DNA of 64,000 nt, from assembly GCA_022825705.1 (NCBI GenBank), contig JAJDWH010000001.1, positions 57,418-121,417 of the forward strand. The letters are read 5' to 3'. Of this stretch, positions 20,300 through 29,849 are shown in pieces. A program made the translations under genes and the position numbers. Positions within the stretch are counted from its first letter, which is position 1. Each line of letters begins with the position of its first letter. A model generated the notes under the pieces. That model saw only the letters and a program-made list of their open reading frames with translations. It had not been told where the DNA came from and did no database searches. The DNA is from Alphaproteobacteria bacterium (lineage in GTDB: Bacteria > Pseudomonadota > Alphaproteobacteria > TMED109).

Positions 20300-21020
20300 G
20301 GCAGTCCTTTCCGGCCCGTGCCTGAATCGTGTTGCAGACCTGCCAATAGGTATTGGGGAAGACCGCAGACCGCAAGATCAAAGCCGTGTCCGCCGAGAAC
20401 GTGTCAAATGCCCGACGAACGCGCGGCAGCGGAAGTCCGGACGGCGCAACGCCGCCTTCCCGCTGCACTCGGTTGCGTGGCGGCCCAATCCCGTTCCGGC
20501 CAACCTATCTCCCCCTCCGAGGAACGACCTACCGCCAAAACGCTCGATGCACAGGTTCTTCACAGGATTTGCGCAGGCCGCTCGTGAGCGCCGCTGAAGC
20601 CGGCACAGCGCCTGCCCGCCTTCATGCCGTGGGCCGTTTCGCCGAATGGTCTTCGGATCCGGCACGTGCCGCATCATGTGCCGCGCAGCATGTCGTGATG
20701 AATCGTACTTCCGTTGGACGCTGTGTCAGGCAGCTCGTTCCGCCGGCCCGACCTGCCTCGTCGACCGTGTTCCCTACCGCCTCGCGAACCGCTGCTACCG
20801 CGTCAGTTCGGCATTGGTGTACCGGCTCGCTCGATGGCGGCCCACCCGAGTTCCACAGCTGATCCGTTGCAGACTATCCTGTGGCTGCAATGCACCGCGC
20901 TGAAAGGTGCTCAATCAGCACCCGTGGTTGCTAGCGGCCCGAGGGTCCGCGTCGCTGGGCCTCCCAGGAAGTCGCTACCCTGCCGGCCGCACTCATGACC
21001 TTCGCCAGGAGCTCTTTGAC

Positions 21021-22115
21021 ATGCGTATCCCTGCCCAACTGCTTGAAACCTATGTTGCCGAGATATTCAAAGGCGCAGGTTGTCCCGAAGATGAGTCTGA
21101 CCGGATCGCGTTCTACCTCGTCCGAGCCAATCTGGCGGGGCATGACAGTCACGGGGTGATTCGGGTTCCGCGGTACCTCTCCTGGATGGAAATCGGGTCA
21201 GTCAAGGCGGGGGTGCAACCTGACGTGGTGAGCGAAGGTCCCACGCATGCCGTAGTTGACGGCCGTTTCGGATTCGGGCAGTCGGTCGGACCGTTCTGCG
21301 CCGACATTGGAATTGCCAAGGCCGAAGAACACGGTCTTTCCATCGTGGCAATCCGGAATTCAGGACACTTGGGGCGTATCGGCGACTGGCCGGAGCGGGC
21401 GGCCGACGCGGGAATCGCCTCGCTTCACTTCGTCAACACGTCCGGCCTCGGCCTGCTGGTCGCCCCCTTCGGGTCACCTGATCGCAGATTCTCGACCAAT
21501 CCCTTTGCTGCCGGCGTTCCCATCCCCGGCGAGGAGCCGCTCATCCTGGACTTCGCGACATCGGTGGTGGCGGAAGGCAAGGTCCTGGTGGCCCATCAGG
21601 GTGGCAAACCGTTGCCGGACGGCGCCCTGATCTCCGCGGAGGGAGAGTTCTCGACCAATCCTGAACTGATTTACGGGGTCGGAACTGCGGCAAATCCCAA
21701 CGACATGCGCGGCGGAGGAGGTGCCATCCGGGCCATGGGCGAGCACAAGGGATCCGGACTGGCGTTCCTCTGCGAGGTACTGGCGGGCGCCCTCACCGGC
21801 TCGGGCTGCGCGACCCCCGAGCAATCCAATCTTGCCAACGGCATGCTGTCCTTCTACTTCCGTCCGGATGTGCTTGGTTCCGAAAACGAATTCGCTGCGG
21901 AGATGAAGCGTTACCTCGCTTTCTTCCGGACTGCGCGCCCACTTGATGGAACAGATCGGGTCATGATCCCGGGTGAGCCAGAGAACCGGTCCCGTGCCGA
22001 GCGTCTGGCCAATGGGATTCCGCTGACCGACACCACGTGGGAATCCATTTGTGCTGCAGGCGAAAACTACGGCGTACGCGCACCTGCGCTCGTTTCAGAA
22101 GCCATCGCATCGTGA
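21021..22115 (+). CDS. Ldh_2 family (malate/L-lactate/ureidoglycolate type) dehydrogenase
   Basis: Internal ATG 21021 gives MRIPAQLLETYV... GHDSHGV, RNSGHLGRIG and the overall length fit the type-2 Ldh family. Confidence 0.75.
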   Translation: MRIPAQLLETYVAEIFKGAGCPEDESDRIAFYLVRANLAGHDSHGVIRVPRYLSWMEIGSVKAGVQPDVVSEGPTHAVVDGRFGFGQSVGPFCADIGIAKAEEHGLSIVAIRNSGHLGRIGDWPERAADAGIASLHFVNTSGLGLLVAPFGSPDRRFSTNPFAAGVPIPGEEPLILDFATSVVAEGKVLVAHQGGKPLPDGALISAEGEFSTNPELIYGVGTAANPNDMRGGGGAIRAMGEHKGSGLAFLCEVLAGALTGSGCATPEQSNLANGMLSFYFRPDVLGSENEFAAEMKRYLAFFRTARPLDGTDRVMIPGEPENRSRAERLANGIPLTDTTWESICAAGENYGVRAPALVSEAIAS

Positions 22116-22582
22116 TCCGCGGCATCCGCGATGCGACGCTGCTCATCATGCTGCTGACCGTGCCTCAGGCTCTGGCCCAGGAAGTTGATTGCACTACGGA
22201 TACGGCGGGAGATCCTGTCTGTGAGCTTCGGATCCAGGGCGGTGGAGAAGCGGCGTCCGACCTAGGTGTCTACAACGTCGCGTTGCTGCTGGAGCGCCTA
22301 GCGCCTCCCCCAGAGACCACGCTCTCGTTCTCGATTGCAATTGATGCCGCGGAATGCGGAGAGCCTCCGCGGCGATTCATCGAGGAGCCAGCTGGGTTTT
22401 CTGGAGAAGCGTCGGAACTCAAGTTCAACTTTCCCCTGCTCCTCCACACTTCCGGAGATGGGGGAGAGTACTGCGTTCGCGTGAGCGCATACGGTTGCGA
22501 AGGAGGTTGCACCGGCCAAATTGAGCTCAAGGTTGGTGATTCGGCCGTCATGCGTCAGGAGACGGATCCCCTCCTGCGCTAG
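22112..22582 (+). CDS. Hypothetical exported Cys-rich protein
   Basis: GTG 22112 forms a GTGA overlap with the upstream stop. The predicted signal peptide is VIRGIRDATLLIMLLTVPQALA-QE. The mature part has 7 Cys. I recognise no family. Confidence 0.4.
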   Translation: MIRGIRDATLLIMLLTVPQALAQEVDCTTDTAGDPVCELRIQGGGEAASDLGVYNVALLLERLAPPPETTLSFSIAIDAAECGEPPRRFIEEPAGFSGEASELKFNFPLLLHTSGDGGEYCVRVSAYGCEGGCTGQIELKVGDSAVMRQETDPLLR

Positions 22583-23745
22583 CGCCGTTTGCCCGGCCGG
22601 TGCCGGAGAACATCGCGAAGCGCGGTGATGACCCTGGCCACCATTGAGTCGTCGAGCTCCGAGTGCATGGGAAGATTGACGACACGAGTCGTGATGTTTT
22701 CGGCCACCGGACAGGGAAGACCCAATCCGGCGGAGCCCCGAAACGCCACCTGGGCAGGCAGGGTGCGCGGGTAGTACACGCGCGTCGGGATCCCGCGGTC
22801 GTTGAGCGCTGCCCGGACGGCATCCCGGCGGTCCACCAGCAGGGAATACTGGGCCCAGACACTGACATTGCCATCGGGGACTACGGGGGTCTCCGCCACG
22901 TCGCGCAGCGCTTCGGTATAGGCATTGGCGATTGCATTTCGCCGTGCGATTTCATCCTGGTAGCCGGGAAGTTTGGCTAGCAGCACCGCCGCCTGCAGCG
23001 TGTCGAGCCGGGAATTGGTACCGACCCGCTGGGCGTCGTAGGGGTCCCCGGAAGTTCCGTGCGCGCACACGACTCGCCACTGCTCCATGCGTGCCCGGTC
23101 GTCGGTGAACATGGCGCCACCGTCGCCCCATGCACCCAGCGGCTTGCTGGGAAAGAAACTCGTGATCGTGGCGTCCCCAAACGCTCCCACCCTGCGATCG
23201 TGCTGGCTGGCGCCAAAGCTCTGGGCGCCATCGACCAATAGAAAAAGGCCCTCCTCCCGGCACAGCGGTTCCAGGCGCCCGTAGTCAGCCGGCAGCCCAA
23301 AGAGGTCAACCGGCATCACGGCGCGAGGGACGAGATCGCCTACCGAACGCACGTGGCGGATCGTGTCGGCCAGCACCGTCGGATCCATCACGAATGTCCG
23401 AGGATCAATGTCGACAAAGATCGGGGTCGCGCCGTTCAGCGCAACGGCACCGCCAGTCGCCACGAAACTGAACGCCGGGATGAATACGGCATCGCCAGGA
23501 CCGATTCGCTCCGTGCGCAATGCGACGTTCAACGCGTCCGTGCCATTGGCAACTGCAACGACATGCTTTGCGCCTGACCGAGCAGCAAGCGCGGTTTCCA
23601 GTTCTGCAACCTCCGGCCCGTTGACGAAACGGCCATGCCCCAAGACCGTGGCGATGCGCGCGTCGATCACCGGCTGCAGTCGTTTGTACTGCCCTACGGG
23701 GTCAAGGAGACTTACAGGGGGCTGCGGCGAAGAGCGGCCCATCAT
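22579..23745 (-). CDS. DegT/DnrJ/EryC1/StrS family PLP-dependent sugar aminotransferase
   Basis: 388 aa, family-typical throughout (GDAVFIPAFSFVAT, FFPSKPLG). Its ATG forms an ATGA overlap with the upstream oxidoreductase stop. Confidence 0.85.
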   Translation of the reverse strand: MMGRSSPQPPVSLLDPVGQYKRLQPVIDARIATVLGHGRFVNGPEVAELETALAARSGAKHVVAVANGTDALNVALRTERIGPGDAVFIPAFSFVATGGAVALNGATPIFVDIDPRTFVMDPTVLADTIRHVRSVGDLVPRAVMPVDLFGLPADYGRLEPLCREEGLFLLVDGAQSFGASQHDRRVGAFGDATITSFFPSKPLGAWGDGGAMFTDDRARMEQWRVVCAHGTSGDPYDAQRVGTNSRLDTLQAAVLLAKLPGYQDEIARRNAIANAYTEALRDVAETPVVPDGNVSVWAQYSLLVDRRDAVRAALNDRGIPTRVYYPRTLPAQVAFRGSAGLGLPCPVAENITTRVVNLPMHSELDDSMVARVITALRDVLRHRPGKRR

Positions 23746-24731
23746 CCGCTCTCCGGCGTCTGCAGCAGCACCGTCCGTTCTTCGTTAAGCGAGCGGAAAC
23801 AGGCATCCAGCACGGTCATGACACGTAGTCCCTCGGATGCTCCGCTCAGCGGGGCCACGCCGGTCTCGATGGCTTCCACGAAAGCTATGCACTCGGCAGC
23901 CAGGGGCTCCTGCTCAGGAAAGCGTATCGCGCACGCCGGCCGATCGGCAGGTGCCAACCTCAACTTCGATTCCACGGGTGCCACATCGTCGAATACCGCC
24001 GAGCCGGTGTCACCGTGCACCTCGAAGCGCTGCACCTTCGAATCACTGCGCCAGGAAACGGTCGTCCGAGTCCTGAGACCAGTCCTGAAGCGAAGCTCGA
24101 TTGAGCATTGCGCAGCGGCTGAGCCACCCGAGTGGGGATCGGGGCCAGAGCAGCGAACCGATGATGGCAGAGCGCCGGCACATGCGAGGATCATCGCGAC
24201 ATCATGTGGAGCGAACTCCCACAGGACGTGTTCCCGCGGGACTTCTGGCCCCGGGACAAGCCTGCTGGTCACGATGCTGTGCAGCGCCCCGAGGCGGTCG
24301 CTGCGCACCAGCGACAGCAGCGACTGAAACGCCGGGTGATAATGCAGCAGGTGTCCTGTCACCAACTGCAATCCTGAACAGCTCGCATCGGCCACCAGCG
24401 CCTTCGCAGCGGCAAGGTCGGTGGTCATCGGTTTTTCGACGAACACGTGCAGGCCCGCAGCCAGAGCCGACGCGGCGATCTCGTGATGGGTGCCGGCCGG
24501 TGTCGCGATAGCAACTGCATCGACGTCCCCGGAACTGATGAGTGCATTCACATGGCCATGGCCGGGCACCGACGGGCACGCGCGCGCAGCTGTACGAAGT
24601 GCTTCCGAGGCCGAATCGCACAATCCCGCCAGACACCCGATCCCGTGAAAGTTTCGCGCCAGGTTCCGGCCCCAGCGGCCGGTTCCCACGACACCCACGC
24701 GAACCCGCGTGTCACTCAACGCCAACGGCAA
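23742..24731 (-). CDS. Gfo/Idh/MocA family NAD-dependent sugar oxidoreductase
   Basis: N-terminal Rossmann motif VGVVGTGRWG and an EKP motif (VFVEKPM). 329 aa. Confidence 0.8.
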   Translation of the reverse strand: MPLALSDTRVRVGVVGTGRWGRNLARNFHGIGCLAGLCDSASEALRTAARACPSVPGHGHVNALISSGDVDAVAIATPAGTHHEIAASALAAGLHVFVEKPMTTDLAAAKALVADASCSGLQLVTGHLLHYHPAFQSLLSLVRSDRLGALHSIVTSRLVPGPEVPREHVLWEFAPHDVAMILACAGALPSSVRCSGPDPHSGGSAAAQCSIELRFRTGLRTRTTVSWRSDSKVQRFEVHGDTGSAVFDDVAPVESKLRLAPADRPACAIRFPEQEPLAAECIAFVEAIETGVAPLSGASEGLRVMTVLDACFRSLNEERTVLLQTPESG

Positions 24732-24755
24732 CTCTTTGTGGGCAGGCCTGCTGAA

Positions 24756-25187
24756 TCAGCTCGGCTGATCAGGCGGCGATCCGTCTGAGGGGTGCAGTAC
24801 CAGTGCAGCGGAATTCAAGCAATAGCGCTGTCCGGTAGGCGGAGGGCCATCAGGAAAGACGTGGCCGAGGTGCGCGTCACATGCCTGGCACAGCACTTCG
24901 GTTCGGATCATTCCGAAGCTCGTGTCCGTGCGTTCGGTCACACAAGTATCGGCAAGAGGTCCCGTGAAGCTCGGCCATCCCGTTCCGGAGTCAAACTTCG
25001 CATCTGAGGCGAACAACGACGTTCCACAGCAAACGCAAACATACGTGCCCGGGCGTTTGTCATCGCAATACCGCCCGCTGAATGCACGCTCGGTCGCGGC
25101 CATGCGGGTAATGGCGTACGCCTCGGGCGACAACCGCTCGCGCCAGTACGCATCCCGATCGGCTGCGTCCTTCCAGTCGTGGTCCAT
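24756..25187 (-). CDS. msrB: Peptide-methionine (R)-S-oxide reductase
   Basis: Internal ATG 25187 was used. [17 protein letters not shown] and GQRYCLNS motifs are present. Confidence 0.9.
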   Translation of the reverse strand: MDHDWKDAADRDAYWRERLSPEAYAITRMAATERAFSGRYCDDKRPGTYVCVCCGTSLFASDAKFDSGTGWPSFTGPLADTCVTERTDTSFGMIRTEVLCQACDAHLGHVFPDGPPPTGQRYCLNSAALVLHPSDGSPPDQPS

Positions 25188-25535
25188 GCGCCAAGCTCCT
25201 GCAACAGCAGCACTATAGCCGCTTGAGAGTGAAAGGCGCGCCTCCGGTTCCGGGACGGAAGGAAGAGCTTGAAACCCGCACCTGCCATGCCATTTCACCC
25301 GCTTGGAAATCGGATCGGGTCAACAGGGGCGGTCGACATCATTGGCACCCAGGCCACCCTCACCTTCGCACGTCGTATCGGGCACGGCCCGCCACCATGA
25401 CAAGTGTCCTGCTAGGATTCGCGAACGGCGGGAGGGGACCCAAGTCCGCGTGACCGCGGCTCGTTTGTGGCCGCGAACGGAGTCAGATCAACCAACCTCG
25501 CGTCACTGCCAATCATGCTTCGGAGCTAAGCCACG

Positions 25536-25991
25536 ATGCCGACTGTTATTGCGCTTGCAGATTTACCCCGCTTTGCTGGGAAAGAGATCGGAACCAGCCA
25601 ATGGCTGGAAATGGACCAGGACCGCATCGACCGATTTGCCGAAGCAACCGCTGACTACCAATGGATCCACGTCGATACCGACCGGGCTACATCGGGTCCG
25701 TTCGGGACGACGATTGCGCATGGGTTCCTGACGCTTTCGCTGATCAGCTCCTTCACGTCAGAGATCCTCAAGGTCGAGGGCATCGCCCGCACCATCAACT
25801 ACGGCGCCAACCGCCTGCGATTTCTTACACCGGTTCGACCGGGCGACAAGATTCGGAGCCGCCTGGAAATCCTGCGTGTGGAAGACTTCAAGGGCGGAGT
25901 CAAGGTGGAGAATCGGTCCACTGTGGAAATCGACGGGGCGGAACGGCCCGCCTGCATCGTGGAAGGGATCGCCGTCCATTACCCGGCATGA
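25536..25991 (+). CDS. MaoC-like (R)-hydratase/dehydratase, hot-dog fold
   Basis: 151 aa. FAEATADYQWIHVD...TIAHGFLTLSL is typical of the MaoC dehydratase family. Confidence 0.8.
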   Translation: MPTVIALADLPRFAGKEIGTSQWLEMDQDRIDRFAEATADYQWIHVDTDRATSGPFGTTIAHGFLTLSLISSFTSEILKVEGIARTINYGANRLRFLTPVRPGDKIRSRLEILRVEDFKGGVKVENRSTVEIDGAERPACIVEGIAVHYPA

Positions 25992-26097
25992 CCAATCCTC
26001 AGCCGGGCAACCGGATGACAGGACCAAGTACCACGGAGATGGCGCGAGCGCACAGGGAATACTTGCTTTGGGCGGGAGATACCGGACGGTAGACTGC

Positions 26098-26778
26098 ATG
26101 ACCCCCTCGTTACCAGCCAGGCAGCCAGGATTATCCCCGGTTGGTCCCCGGACCCCGCGGTTGGCGCCTGCCGGCCAATGGAATGCCGCGGTCACACCGA
26201 CGCGTGCACAAAGTTCGCGCCTCGGCGTCGACGCGCTCGCGGAGCGCAGCCTGCGGCTCGCGGCGGTGATCCTCCTGGGGCTCGCTGCAGTACTGGCACG
26301 CGGCCCGGGAGAAGCACGTGCGGACGACGGAGATTCAGGTGGGCGCACCGCCGTCCCTGAAGCTCACCTGATCCCCAACTGCGCTCGGACTGGCGGTGGG
26401 ATCGCAATCGCCGAAGCCCAAGGCCGGATCTACTACTGCCTGCAACGCGTCGTGGCCATCGAACGACGCTACCCGAGCGCTTCAAAGTTCTTCTTCCTGC
26501 ACGAATATGGGCATATCGCTTTGCAGTCGGGCGACGAGCTTCTCGTGGACTGCTGGAGCGCCCATGAGCTCTCCCACACCGTCCGGGGCGAGGAAGTCCT
26601 GGGCGCCGCCCGTCGCTACATCGAGCAATTCAAGCTGTTCATCCCAAAGTACGGGGGAACCGGAGCCGATCGGTCCGAGCTTCTCCAAGGCTGCTACGAC
26701 GAGGGCCTGGATTGGCTCGAGCGGGCCCGGACCGAAGGCAGGCGGCCACCACCGCTTGCAGCCGGCAGCCGCCAATGA
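26098..26778 (+). CDS. Hypothetical membrane-anchored or exported protein with an HExxH motif
   Basis: Internal ATG 26098 was used, because the track start overlaps the MaoC gene. The hydrophobic segment LRLAAVILLGLAAVLA is followed by FFLHEYGHIAL. I recognise no family and the start is uncertain. Confidence 0.4.
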   Translation: MTPSLPARQPGLSPVGPRTPRLAPAGQWNAAVTPTRAQSSRLGVDALAERSLRLAAVILLGLAAVLARGPGEARADDGDSGGRTAVPEAHLIPNCARTGGGIAIAEAQGRIYYCLQRVVAIERRYPSASKFFFLHEYGHIALQSGDELLVDCWSAHELSHTVRGEEVLGAARRYIEQFKLFIPKYGGTGADRSELLQGCYDEGLDWLERARTEGRRPPPLAAGSRQ

Positions 26779-26962
26779 ATGTGCCCCCCGTTGCCCCACG
26801 CCTGCTCCAACCGGATGTGCGACCTGCCTACGGTCCAGGAACCGTCCTGACGCGACGGAACGGATCCCGCGGTGCGCGTGCGCGACGCGGCTCTCCAGAC
26901 TCTTCCCGCCATTCCTGCACGTGAGCCAGTTCTTTGCCCGCCCGATTGCAGACCGTCCCTTC

Positions 26963-27574
26963 CTAGGGTGCCAACCGTTCGTGCCGCCACCCCTCCTCGG
27001 CGCGTACGTACCGCAGGCGTTCGTGCAGGCGATCGTCACGGTGGCGCCAAAACTCAATCCGATCTACCGCGATTCGATAGCCCGTCCAATGGGACGGACG
27101 GTCCACTGGCCGGCCTGAGAATTGCTCCGCGGTTTCTTCGAACTGCTGGCTCAACTCTTCCAGTCCGCCTGCCAGCACGCTCGATTGCGCACTTGCCCAC
27201 GCGCTGATCTGACTTCCGCGAGGTCGGGACGCAAAATAGCGATCAGCTTCTTCATCGCTCACAAGCACCGCAGCCCCTTCGATCCGTACCTGTCGGCCCA
27301 GCACCGGCCAGTGAATGACCAGCGCGGCGTTTGGGTTCCCCTTGAGCTCCTTGCCTTTTCGGCTTTCGGTGTTCGTGTAGAACACCAAGCCACGTGCGTC
27401 GATTGCCTTGACCAGCACCATTCGCGCTGCCGGCGCGCCGTTCTCCCCCACGGTCGCGAGGCATGCAGCCGACGGATCCTGCCTCTCTTCTCTTTCGGCG
27501 TCGGCACGCCAGGTTTGCAGCAGCTCAATCGGGTCTTCGACCACTGGCAACGGTGTAATCGGTCTATCTTCCAT
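26963..27574 (-). CDS. pdxH: Pyridoxamine 5'-phosphate oxidase
   Basis: Internal ATG 27574 gives a 203-aa protein. RMVLVK, FYTNTESRKG, IEFWRHRDDRLHERL and the C-terminal RLAP are present. Confidence 0.9.
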   Translation of the reverse strand: MEDRPITPLPVVEDPIELLQTWRADAEREERQDPSAACLATVGENGAPAARMVLVKAIDARGLVFYTNTESRKGKELKGNPNAALVIHWPVLGRQVRIEGAAVLVSDEEADRYFASRPRGSQISAWASAQSSVLAGGLEELSQQFEETAEQFSGRPVDRPSHWTGYRIAVDRIEFWRHRDDRLHERLRYVRAEEGWRHERLAP

Positions 27575-27975
27575 GTGTTCCCCGGTACGCCAGTCGGCGC
27601 GTAGGTAGCTGCGGCCCGAGAGAAACTCCCAGGCAGATTTCAAACTGCGGCCGCGCGGCCGGTGGATCAAGCCGTCGATTCCGCAGGCCGAGGCTGCGAA
27701 GACGCTGGTAGGCCTGCCTGGTAAACGACACCGTAGGCGGCAGAGACGCCCAGGTTTGCTCCGCCGCCTCGTTGGCGAGCACACCGGCCCTTGTCATCAG
27801 GCGGCAGGCCGCGAGAAGTTCCCCGCGCCGATAGCGGTCACGCCGGCCGCAAACCACGCGTCTACCGTGTTTCGCGACATGATCCCGTCCCTTGCAACCG
27901 ACGGCAGTTTCGGACACTAGGCTCCCGCCCGTCTCACCGCTAGAACCATGTATCAACCGGTACAGGAGAATCACC

Positions 27976-29688
27976 ATGGGCAAGGCATCGGATCTGCTGG
28001 TTAGCGCATTGGAAGCCGAAGGTGTCAACACGATCTTCGGAATCCCGGGTGAAGAGAATCTGGACTTCCTGGACTCCTTGACCCGATCCAGCAAGATCAG
28101 ACTGGTGCTGACACGCCATGAACAGGCAGCTGGCTTCATGGCGGCCACTTATGGCCGCTTTACCGGCAAGGCCGGGATTTGCCTCTCAACGCTGGGGCCG
28201 GGGGCAACGAATTTCACCACTGCCGCCGCGTACGCAACCCTCGGCGGCATGCCGATGATGATGATCACCGGCCAGAAACCGGTGAAGCGATCGAAGCAGG
28301 GCCAGTTTCAGATCCTCGACGTGGTCGAGATGATGAGGCCGATCACGAAGTACGCACATCAAATCGTTTCCGCAGACAACATTCCCACCCGTGTCCGCGA
28401 AGCCCTGCGACAGGCGGAGGAGGAAAAGCCCGGCGCCGTCCATCTCGAGTTGCCCGAGGATGTTGCCGGAGAGCCCACGCTGGAGCGTCCGGTCGCCGCC
28501 TCCTACGTGCGCCGCCCGATCGCGGAAGAGAAGGCGGTGCGGGCGGCCGTGGAGCGGATTGCCAACGCCAAGTCTCCGATCATTGTGATCGGTGCCGGAG
28601 GGAACCGGAAACTGACCAGCCGCATGTTGACCGAGATGGTCGAACGGTTTCGCATTCCCTTTGCCACAACGCAGCTCGGAAAGGGGGTCATCGACGAAGC
28701 TCACCCTCTGTTCATGGGATGTGCGGCGCTGTCGGCAGGCGACTTCGTGCATCGTGCGATCGAGAGCGCCGACGTGGTGATCAACGTCGGCCACGACGTG
28801 ATCGAAAAACCCCCGTTCTTCATGCATCGCGGTGAAGAGCCCGAGGAACGGCCACACCAGTCGGATGTCGACCCGGTTCGCGTGGCCCGAGGCACCGCCG
28901 TCATCCACGTGAACTTCCGGTCTGCCGAGGTAGACCCTGTCTATTTCCCGCAGATCGAAGTCGTGGGTGACATCGCCAATTCCATCTGGCGAATCAGCCG
29001 GCTGCTGGAACTGGAAGAGACATCCTGGGATTTCGATCGCATGGGTGCCATCAAGGCTCACCACGATGCCAGCATGGCCGAAGGCGAGGACGACAGCAGG
29101 TTTCCAATCTACCCGCAACGCTTGGTACGAGATGTCCGAAGCGTCATGCCCGATGACGGGATCGTGTGTCTCGACAACGGGGTGTACAAGATCTGGTTCG
29201 CCCGCAACTACCGCGCCCGCGGCCCGAACACCGTGCTCCTCGACAATGCCCTGGCGACCATGGGTGCAGGACTACCGTCAGCCATGGCCGCCCGCCTCGT
29301 CCATCCCGACCGCAAGGTGTTGGCCATCTGCGGCGATGGGGGGTTCATGATGAACTCGCAGGAAATCGAGACCGCGGTTCGCCTGAAAATGGACCTGACC
29401 TGTCTGATCCTCAATGACGGTGCCTACGGAATGATCCGCTGGAAGCAAGCGAACATGGGCTTCTCGGACTGGGGCCTCGAGTACGGAAATCCTGATTTTC
29501 GCGCCTATGCAGAGAGTTACGGAGCCGCTGGACATCGCGTCGAGCGAACTGAGGAACTCGCTCCCCTACTCGCGAGTTGCTTGTCCAGCCCGGGAGTACA
29601 TTTGATCGACTGCCCTGTCGATTACTCTGAGAATGACCATGTCCTGAATCACCACATCCAGAAACAGAGTGCGGCCATCGGGACATGA
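27976..29688 (+). CDS. Thiamine-diphosphate enzyme, acetolactate synthase (catabolic AlsS-like) family
   Basis: ATG 27976 is preceded by AGGAGA. The N-terminus LLVSALEAEGVNTIFGIPGEE and the TPP motif GDGGFMMNSQE are present. Confidence 0.85.
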   Translation: MGKASDLLVSALEAEGVNTIFGIPGEENLDFLDSLTRSSKIRLVLTRHEQAAGFMAATYGRFTGKAGICLSTLGPGATNFTTAAAYATLGGMPMMMITGQKPVKRSKQGQFQILDVVEMMRPITKYAHQIVSADNIPTRVREALRQAEEEKPGAVHLELPEDVAGEPTLERPVAASYVRRPIAEEKAVRAAVERIANAKSPIIVIGAGGNRKLTSRMLTEMVERFRIPFATTQLGKGVIDEAHPLFMGCAALSAGDFVHRAIESADVVINVGHDVIEKPPFFMHRGEEPEERPHQSDVDPVRVARGTAVIHVNFRSAEVDPVYFPQIEVVGDIANSIWRISRLLELEETSWDFDRMGAIKAHHDASMAEGEDDSRFPIYPQRLVRDVRSVMPDDGIVCLDNGVYKIWFARNYRARGPNTVLLDNALATMGAGLPSAMAARLVHPDRKVLAICGDGGFMMNSQEIETAVRLKMDLTCLILNDGAYGMIRWKQANMGFSDWGLEYGNPDFRAYAESYGAAGHRVERTEELAPLLASCLSSPGVHLIDCPVDYSENDHVLNHHIQKQSAAIGT

Positions 29689-29849
29689 TCATCGGGACGA
29701 CGGCTGTGTCTCCAGACATCCGGATCGCGTGCATTCGTACCCGTGTCTTTCCACGGTGAATCGGCGCCGCGAAACAGTCATCGCCGTCTCCCGGCGATTC
29801 CGAAGTCCGGCCGGCCCGAGACCCAGCTTCAGCTTGAGAGGAAGTTCTG

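Noticed and set aside
20326-20345. GTTGCAGACCTGCC, resembling a cobalamin-riboswitch B12 box
   Set aside because: The upstream part of a riboswitch would fall inside the SDR coding region on the opposite strand, and the nearest downstream plus-strand gene is about 680 nt away. No other cobalamin riboswitch elements were seen. The second GTTGCAGAC copy at 20866 is about what chance predicts for a 9-mer in 720 nt.
20425-20450. GCGGAAGTCCGGACGG, reminiscent of the RNase P RNA GGAAAGUCCGG core
   Set aside because: Only this short string matches. None of the other conserved RNase P regions could be found around it on either strand.
27797-27880. 27-codon ORF ending in tandem TGA TGA, in the same frame as pdxH
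   Set aside because: It has no motif and no ribosome-binding site, and it lies in the divergent promoter region. It is most likely a chance ORF.
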